The position numbers were made by a program, and so were the translations under genes. From the NCBI GenBank assembly GCA_043804895.1, contig JAZDIN010000025.1, positions 86,762 through 150,761 on the forward strand: a DNA stretch of 64,000 bases, in the 5' to 3' direction. This document shows, piece after piece, positions 57,554 through 64,000 of the stretch (positions are counted from its first letter, which is position 1; the number at the start of each line of letters is the position of its first letter). The DNA comes from Candidatus Altiarchaeota archaeon (GTDB lineage: Archaea > Altiarchaeota > Altiarchaeia > IMC4 > SCGC-AAA252-I15). Under the pieces are notes generated by a model, which made no database searches, was not told where the DNA came from, and worked only from the letters and a program-made list of their open reading frames with translations.

Positions 57554-58504
57554 CTAATTTATTACCTGCACTTCCACCCACGCTCCGATGAGGATTAGGA
57601 TTACTGAGAACACGAAAAGCTGTAGGCCGTCTTTGAGCCAGATTCTGGTGCTCCCAGGCTGTGAGCCTACGGTTGCTTTGCTGATTATCCCCCCAGATAT
57701 CGCTGCGAGGAGGTATGCGAATATCTCGATTGTCGTGTGCGGGAGGTAGTTGAGGAGGTTGGGGTAAAGTTCGCTTGAGCCCCAGAGTATGCTCCTTAAT
57801 GCGTCACCATACATGACGCCTGCGATTGAGGAGTTGTACATTAGGATGAATATGGCCCCAGAGCCGTATAGGAGCGACAGTAGCACACATATGACTGTTA
57901 TCTTCAGGTTATTGGAAACTATCGAGTTGAAGAGTTCGCCTCCGCGGAAGTCCCCCCCAGGCCCCGGGCTTATGACGTCCAGTTGGTTCTCAAAGAGGCG
58001 GCTGACTTCATTCTCCCCTAGTAAGCCATATAATAGTATGAATGCTATCGCAGAGCCCAGGAACAGGTACGTGTAGAACATCATCGTCTGCCTGTGGCGT
58101 GTGAAAAAGTTTGAGGAACTGAGGCGTTTTACGTACTCCTCGTCCACGCCCGCGAGGTCGTACATCAGGTCATAGGGCTTGTCCATATTGTCCTTTATCA
58201 GGTTGTCTTTAATCTGTTTCGGGCTGTAGCCGTCCCTTAGGCATTTTTTCACCCACTCCCCAAGCTGCTCCGGTTTCGTGTCGTCTATATCCACGTCCAA
58301 CTCGTCGAACTCGAAAATCTTTATAACATACGGGAGCATGAAGAGGCTGCTGAGGGCCACCATCACTATGCTCGCCTGCGTCGGGAATATGATGAGGGAC
58401 GAGACCACGGCCAGGAGGACGAAGAAGAAGCCGGTCGGCATGGCAAGAATTGGCTTCGTCCTAAGCAGCTTCGGGTTAAGTATCTTGTCTAACACTGTCT
58501 CCAC
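57554..58504 (-). CDS. SpoIIM-like (DUF95) membrane protein, second paralog
   Basis: NNLKI...C.LLS.LYG.GAIFIL.YNSS..G and PH..IE..AY....SGG..S; a soluble insert follows TM2. Confidence 0.78.
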   Translation of the reverse strand: METVLDKILNPKLLRTKPILAMPTGFFFVLLAVVSSLIIFPTQASIVMVALSSLFMLPYVIKIFEFDELDVDIDDTKPEQLGEWVKKCLRDGYSPKQIKDNLIKDNMDKPYDLMYDLAGVDEEYVKRLSSSNFFTRHRQTMMFYTYLFLGSAIAFILLYGLLGENEVSRLFENQLDVISPGPGGDFRGGELFNSIVSNNLKITVICVLLSLLYGSGAIFILMYNSSIAGVMYGDALRSILWGSSELYPNLLNYLPHTTIEIFAYLLAAISGGIISKATVGSQPGSTRIWLKDGLQLFVFSVILILIGAWVEVQVIN

Positions 58505-58508
58505 CGCC

Positions 58509-59921
58509 TCACACGTAATTGAATCCTCCGGTCTTCGCCTTCACCGGCTTTTTGAAGTTGAACTTGCTCGCCTTCTCCCTGTTCACCTTAATCTCATCCA
58601 CCCTGCACATGAGGAAGGGTATGTCCAATATCGCCCCGGCTATGATGCATTCCCCAACGTCAAGGGAGTCTAGGCCTCTTATCATCTCCTCGCTTATGGA
58701 TTCGAAGCTTTTTTTGATGTGTTCCTTGTCCTTCGGGTTTGTGATGTGCATGTATATGCCGCTGTTGCATTGCGACAGTATCTCCTCATCTATCTTAGAG
58801 GGCTTCTGGGATATCACAACCAACCCTATCCCAAACTTCCGCCCCTCTGACGCTATCCTCTGAAGCTGGCTCTTACAGCTGTGAACCAGGTTGGCGCCAG
58901 CGTAGTTGTGAGCCTCCTCAACTACGAAGAGGAGCGGGTATTCGAGCTTCCTTTCCCCGAGCTCGTTGAGCTTGTTGATGCGGCCTTGCAATAGTTCCTT
59001 GGACAGGTATGATATGACTGACTTCCTTATGCCCTCCCCAGCCATTGACGCATCTATTATGGTGACCTGCCCTGTCTCGACTAGGTTGTTTATGTCTGTG
59101 CCGTATTTGTCGAACACACCCTTCGAAAGCCCCTTAAGTTTCATCAGCTTCCTTGTGAGCGCCTGCTGCGTCGCCTCATGTATCACCGTTAGGTCGAGTT
59201 TCCTGCACTCCGCTATCATGTCGTCGATTGTGTACTCTATGCCAGCTACCTTCTCAAGGACTATCGCAAGCGCACTCTCCTGAGGTTCGCTCAACCCTAT
59301 GAAATGGTGGAAGTCCCTCGCCTCCAGGTCAGAGAGGGGTATTATCAGCTTCTCGAAGCCCTTCCTCTCGAACTTCACAGTATAGACTTTCGTCTTGAAT
59401 GAGCCGTCCTCTGCGAGCTTCCCTAAGAGCTTAACGTATTCCCCGTGCGTGTCGACTACTACCACAGGAAGGCTCAGTCTAGCATACTCTTTCACGAGGT
59501 TCGCTGCAGTGTAACTTTTACCTGCCCCGGTTGAGGCGAGTATCGCAGTGTGGCGGTCGTATTCGCTCGCCTTCAGGTAGGCCCTAGCCTTCGTCCCGTA
59601 TACTGTGCCGATGCTTATCGGCTCATCAGTGGATAGTATCCTCTCAAGCTCATCCGCCCCGGCCAGCACCGCCCTCTCGTTGGGCTTCACAGGCTTCTTA
59701 ACCTTATGCAGTCTGCTCTCGTGGAGTCTCCCGAAAATCTGGACTTTCGCTATCAGCCTGTGGCGGCTCCCGACCTTCATGTCCTCATCGTAGAGCATCC
59801 CTGCGACTATCCCATAGTGGCCCCCGACGTTCAGTATGCTCCCCAACTCCACTGCCTCGCTTTGGACGAGGATGTCAACGTTCGAGCCCTCGGATGCGAC
59901 AACCAACCCCACGGAATCCAT
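58509..59921 (-). CDS. HerA/FtsK-like (DUF87) ATPase with an N-terminal HAS-barrel-like region
   Basis: RHTAILASTGAGKS, DTHGEY, VEEAH, EGRKFG.GL..ISQ.PS and LSQCN. Confidence 0.88.
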   Translation of the reverse strand: MDSVGLVVASEGSNVDILVQSEAVELGSILNVGGHYGIVAGMLYDEDMKVGSRHRLIAKVQIFGRLHESRLHKVKKPVKPNERAVLAGADELERILSTDEPISIGTVYGTKARAYLKASEYDRHTAILASTGAGKSYTAANLVKEYARLSLPVVVVDTHGEYVKLLGKLAEDGSFKTKVYTVKFERKGFEKLIIPLSDLEARDFHHFIGLSEPQESALAIVLEKVAGIEYTIDDMIAECRKLDLTVIHEATQQALTRKLMKLKGLSKGVFDKYGTDINNLVETGQVTIIDASMAGEGIRKSVISYLSKELLQGRINKLNELGERKLEYPLLFVVEEAHNYAGANLVHSCKSQLQRIASEGRKFGIGLVVISQKPSKIDEEILSQCNSGIYMHITNPKDKEHIKKSFESISEEMIRGLDSLDVGECIIAGAILDIPFLMCRVDEIKVNREKASKFNFKKPVKAKTGGFNYV

Positions 59922-59974
59922 ACCTAAATGATTGTGTTTCCAGTAATTAAATCTGAATGCCCTAAGTTGTACCT

Positions 59975-61132
59975 ATGTATCGTAGTAGGGAGTTCATCAG
60001 GGTTTATCTGATGCAGGTGTTCTATCTATTCGCCATCGTGTTCAGCTGGTCTTTCGTATACATGCACCTGATGCGGGCGGGGTTCTCCTTCGCTGACATG
60101 TTCCTCTTCAAACTGGCGAGCTACTCATCAGCGGTTGTCTTGATGCTCTTTCTAAAGCAAATTGACACGATGAAGTCCATAGGAATTGGTTCAATCGCAT
60201 TCGCATTGGAGCTTGCAGCAATCCCGTTCATCCACGGCACCTCATCGCTCGTACTCTTGGGTTTGTTTGACGGTCTCACATTCCCCCTATTCTGGATACC
60301 CTACAACAACCTCTACTTCAGCCTGGGTAAAAGGCAGGAGAGCGCATACCTCGCAGGCCTAACGTTCCTACTTCCGCCAATATTTTGCATTATACTCCCA
60401 TTCGCTTCAGGCCTGATAATAGACTCATACGGCACTGGAATAGTCCTCCTAATAGGTGCCGCGGTCCTCCTCGTATCAGGAATATATTTTGGCATCCAAA
60501 AAGGAGGTGTCATGAATATGGATTTCAGGCGTTCCGTGTCTGCTGGAAAGGGCCTTAAGGCGTTGCTTTTCATCCAGGGCTTCTGGCATGGTGTGGACTG
60601 GATTTGCGCGCCTCTCTTCACACTCTACTTCTTCACATCCGGCGTATCCTACGGTGGTTTCATCTCATTTGTTGCAGTTTTCGGGGCGTTCTCAACCCTC
60701 TACTTCTGCAGCGTGTCAGACAGGACCGGCAACAGGGTGAACTACCTCTACCCCTCGATTGTCATGACTGCCGCGGCGACGGTGATGTCAGCATTCGCCT
60801 CCAACATGGTGAACTGGCTTATCGTGCGCGCAATCGTCGGCTTCTTCGTTGCAGTCTCCAACCCGTTCACGATATCCATAGTACTTGACAGGATGAAGGA
60901 CACCTCGGAGGCGATATACCTAAGGGAGGTAATGCTCAACGTCGGCCGCACCGCAGGCATAGTCGTCGTAGTGTTGTGCACCATGTTCTTCGGTGGATTC
61001 CAGAATGCGTTCATCGCATCTGGAGTGCTGCTTCTGGCCTATCCACTCCTTGTTGAGCGCAAAGGCCTATACCGTGTGAAAGCCCGGGCCGACTCGATTA
61101 TGATGGACGAGCACTTGGAATCCCACGATTAA
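59975..61132 (+). CDS. MFS transporter
   Basis: About 12 TM helices; SDR.G.R loop motif and RE..LN.GR. Confidence 0.8.
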   Translation: MYRSREFIRVYLMQVFYLFAIVFSWSFVYMHLMRAGFSFADMFLFKLASYSSAVVLMLFLKQIDTMKSIGIGSIAFALELAAIPFIHGTSSLVLLGLFDGLTFPLFWIPYNNLYFSLGKRQESAYLAGLTFLLPPIFCIILPFASGLIIDSYGTGIVLLIGAAVLLVSGIYFGIQKGGVMNMDFRRSVSAGKGLKALLFIQGFWHGVDWICAPLFTLYFFTSGVSYGGFISFVAVFGAFSTLYFCSVSDRTGNRVNYLYPSIVMTAAATVMSAFASNMVNWLIVRAIVGFFVAVSNPFTISIVLDRMKDTSEAIYLREVMLNVGRTAGIVVVVLCTMFFGGFQNAFIASGVLLLAYPLLVERKGLYRVKARADSIMMDEHLESHD

Positions 61133-61156
61133 TTACTGAAAAACGCATTATCTGAC

Positions 61157-61750
61157 GTGGATGCGAAGTTCTACTCCATAAAGGACGAAATCAGGATAGT
61201 TGGCTTCGACGACGGCCCGTTCAAGCGCGGGCAGAAGGATGTTCTCGTCGTTGGCGCAGTCTTCCGCGGCGGACTTTGGATGGACGGCGTCATCTCCACG
61301 AAGGCGTCGGTTGACGGCCTGGATGCTACTGAAAAACTCTCATCGCTCATGAAATCATGCAGGTTCAAGGACCTGCGCGTCATAATGCTCGACGGAATAG
61401 CTTTCGGCGGGTTCAACATCGTCGACATACACGCCCTCAACAGGGAGTCTAAGATGCCTGTGATTGTGGTGACCCGTGACATGCCAGACTTTAAGGAAAT
61501 AGAGTCTGCGCTGAAACACCTCACAGACTTCGATACCCGGTGGAAGCTCATCCAAGGGGCAGGGGAGCCGAAGCCAGTGGAGACAATGAAGGGTAAGAAG
61601 GTGTTCATACAATCGGCTGGCATACGGTTCGAAGACGCCGAGAAGATAGTCAAGCTCTCAGCGACAAGAAGCCTCCTCCCAGAACCGATACGTGTAGCGC
61701 ACCTGATAGCCCAAGGAATAGTACTCGGACAGTCCAAAGGAAAAGCATAA
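61157..61750 (+). CDS. DUF99 family endonuclease V-like protein
   Basis: G.DDGPF, VDG.DAT, MLDGI.FGGFN.VD and PEP.R.AHLIA. Confidence 0.88.
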   Translation: MDAKFYSIKDEIRIVGFDDGPFKRGQKDVLVVGAVFRGGLWMDGVISTKASVDGLDATEKLSSLMKSCRFKDLRVIMLDGIAFGGFNIVDIHALNRESKMPVIVVTRDMPDFKEIESALKHLTDFDTRWKLIQGAGEPKPVETMKGKKVFIQSAGIRFEDAEKIVKLSATRSLLPEPIRVAHLIAQGIVLGQSKGKA

Positions 61751-61855
61751 AACTATCCGAGATAGAGCAGAGGAAGTACATAGCATTCATCAACATCCTA
61801 ACAATCGTGGTCTTCTGCTCTATCAGGATAATACCACAGCTTAAGGCTGTGGTAA

Positions 61856-63475
61856 TTATCTTCGGCCTAGGGTCGTCGTCTCCCTCTCCTGATGTTGGAG
61901 TGTGCTCTTGATGCGTCTTTTGCGAGCCTGCTCCTTTGTCTCATTCACCGTCTCATGCTCGCGGCCGCTGTCTCTTGAATCATGGTCAGCCTCTTTTTTG
62001 TGGTGATGTTCCGGAGCTCTACTTCCATGTGGGTGTTGGTCGCCTGCATAGGCCAGCTTTGACGGACGATACTGCTGAGCCTTACCCGCTTTTCGAGAAT
62101 CGCCTAAGAGCCCCCTCAGTCCCTTAACAGGCTTCCCCCCCTCTTTCATGGCTTCAGCCCTCATCTGGGCGTACACGAAGTATGCTCCAGCGACGAGTAT
62201 GACTACTGCAAATATGTAGAGTGTTGGGCTGGTTTCTGTTTTTGCTGGCAGAGTTGTTGTTGGGGTTGGGATTGTTGTCGGTGGGAGTGTTGTTGGAGTC
62301 TTCCGCACAGTGGTCGTAGTTATCTTAATCGTTGTCGTGGTAACTGTCGTTGTTGTAACCGGGGGCGCGCACAGGTAGTTTATGTACCCGCATGACACTC
62401 CGTACGCTGCACTTTCGCCAGGCACAGGTGTTGGCGTTTCAGCGTTGCAGTTGGCCATTATTCCCTGGTCAGCGCATAATGTCTTCGTGTCAGGTTTGAG
62501 CGTGCATTCGCTGTTAACGCATACTGGGGTTGAGAGGCATGATATATGTTGCGACATCACCTGGATGCACGCAGTATCCTTGCATTTTCCTGCGAGTTCA
62601 GCATTCCAAGAACCCTCGTAGCCTTTTGCCACCGCCGTGTTCTTCCCACCTGCGCTGCAGTCGCAGCAGTCGGACTTCACTGCCACGCAGTCGCTGTCTG
62701 TGGAACAATACATTTTTTCCTCGTTGGAGATTCCAGGCATCGTGGTCGTCGGGGATGTCCTGGCGAGTGGCTTCGTGTATACGCTTTTCGCCTCTGAACT
62801 GAGGTTGCCTAGTATGTCCCTCACAGTCTTATCCCCCACGGTCATCTTCTGGCTTTGCGTCGAGTTCACTGACCCCCCCATCTTGCCTTGATTGAAACTG
62901 AACATGCAGACCTCACTGGCTCCCCATGTCGTCTGGTTGGTCCTCAAATCGAAATCCACTCTACCATACATCCTACTCTTACAGGCGTCATCCTCGTTCA
63001 ATACCATGCTGAATTGGTCGTATGTCTGAGCTAGATAGTTAGTAGCTACGCAGAACATGTAAACCCTCTCACATTTGTTGTCAGCTCTAAGGGACAGGTT
63101 CATAAAATAACGGGCCCTACCTATCGCCTCGTCTTTTTTAGCGCAAAGGTACTCCTTCCCAGGGTACCTATCAATCGGGCACACTCCAATAGTCTGCAGC
63201 TCACCCTCCCCGACCATGTTCGGAAGAACGGCAGGGTGGATGGTTTCTGTTATGCGGTTGCATTCAGCCTGTTTTGAGCCTGAAAGGCCGCTGCAGAAGC
63301 TCTGCTGGTAGCTAGCATCAAGATTGCCCAAGCATTCATCATAAATCTTACCCCCCCACACGTTCCTAACAGCAGTGTCGCAGAAATACTGGCTCGCATA
63401 GTCACTCCAAGCCAACACGGAGGGGAAGGCCGCCAGGAGCACCAGAAAAGCCAACAACTTACGGTACATTTCCAT
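61856..63475 (-). CDS. Secreted Cys-rich membrane-anchored protein with a Thr/Pro stalk and charged cytoplasmic tail
   Basis: Signal peptide, C..DSDCV....CC.C..GG module, Thr tract, TM helix and ~100-aa polar tail. Confidence 0.75.
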   Translation of the reverse strand: MEMYRKLLAFLVLLAAFPSVLAWSDYASQYFCDTAVRNVWGGKIYDECLGNLDASYQQSFCSGLSGSKQAECNRITETIHPAVLPNMVGEGELQTIGVCPIDRYPGKEYLCAKKDEAIGRARYFMNLSLRADNKCERVYMFCVATNYLAQTYDQFSMVLNEDDACKSRMYGRVDFDLRTNQTTWGASEVCMFSFNQGKMGGSVNSTQSQKMTVGDKTVRDILGNLSSEAKSVYTKPLARTSPTTTMPGISNEEKMYCSTDSDCVAVKSDCCDCSAGGKNTAVAKGYEGSWNAELAGKCKDTACIQVMSQHISCLSTPVCVNSECTLKPDTKTLCADQGIMANCNAETPTPVPGESAAYGVSCGYINYLCAPPVTTTTVTTTTIKITTTTVRKTPTTLPPTTIPTPTTTLPAKTETSPTLYIFAVVILVAGAYFVYAQMRAEAMKEGGKPVKGLRGLLGDSRKAGKAQQYRPSKLAYAGDQHPHGSRAPEHHHKKEADHDSRDSGREHETVNETKEQARKRRIKSTLQHQERETTTLGRR

Positions 63476-63584
63476 ATATCATACAACTGTCAAAATAAAA
63501 ACATAAAAAAATGACAAGAAGGCAGATAAGAACCTAAAAACGCGATAAAATACATTTATTAGAACATAACTCCCGAAATATAAC

Positions 63585-64000
63585 ATGGTTGAGAAGGTTA
63601 AGCCCACTCTCAGGGATGAGCAACCTGATCTAGACAAGAAACTCAAGCTTATCCTACCTGTAGGGTTCATAAGCTCCCGCAATCTGACAAAAGATGACGT
63701 CCTAAGAGGATTGGACAGCTCCGTAGCAACCGAGTTCTTCGTCCGTTGTTTCGCCACCGACAGGAACACCAAGGCGTTGACAGACGCAATGGGGGATGAA
63801 AAAGTCCGCGACGCAGTCTACAGCATGGCGGAAAAAAACTCAACAGCCCTTAAAGAAGAAATTCTGAAAAGGATTGGGGGGGGACTATGCGATATAATCC
63901 CAAAGCACATGATATCAGCCTGCAGGTTCGCAGGGTTCCTCGCAGAAAATGCGGAACTTTACAGGAGATTCGTATCAACAGAAGATGGCAATGTTGCTGC
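63585..64000 (+). CDS. Hypothetical protein, truncated by the window end
   Basis: ATG 63585 opens a stop-free frame (MVEKVKPTLRDEQPDL...) to the window edge. Confidence 0.65.
   Translation, partial: MVEKVKPTLRDEQPDLDKKLKLILPVGFISSRNLTKDDVLRGLDSSVATEFFVRCFATDRNTKALTDAMGDEKVRDAVYSMAEKNSTALKEEILKRIGGGLCDIIPKHMISACRFAGFLAENAELYRRFVSTEDGNVA

Noticed and set aside
61856-63475. Mature N-terminus starting with Trp, suggesting a phospholipase C / P1 nuclease fold
   Set aside because: The Zn-binding His/Asp residues are not evident, so this cannot be supported by eye.

Overview
Archaeal chromosomal window of mid GC content. The gene set and the Thr/Cys-rich surface proteins suggest a DPANN-like lineage, possibly Altiarchaeota; that assignment is an inference. 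Most of the window is housekeeping: GINS-L44e-S27e-archease, rfcS, ileS, L21e-rpo4-DUF655, aspS, RLI/ABCE1 (frameshifted in an A8 run), tRNA-Ser/S13/S4/S11/rpo3/tRNA-Leu/L18e/L13/S9/rpo10/rpo6/S2, rsmA, pdxS/pdxT, ychF, gatA and pheS. Four things stand out. (1) A 10-gene type IV pilus locus (40233-50182) in which a ParA ATPase and the pilus ATPase carry related N-terminal winged-helix-like modules. (2) An IleRS with an ALHH motif in place of HIGH, preceded by a probable IS200-type relic. (3) Several highly structured intergenic elements: one two-hairpin motif occurs twice with compensatory changes, and both tRNA genes are followed by inserts bracketed by duplicated tRNA 3' ends. (4) A tRNA-Leu with a D-arm (21/22) BHB intron. 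Also present are an AbiEi/AbiEii toxin-antitoxin pair, a RelA/SpoT-type HD hydrolase and several orphan repeat or surface proteins. All calls come from reading motifs by eye; no database searches were run.
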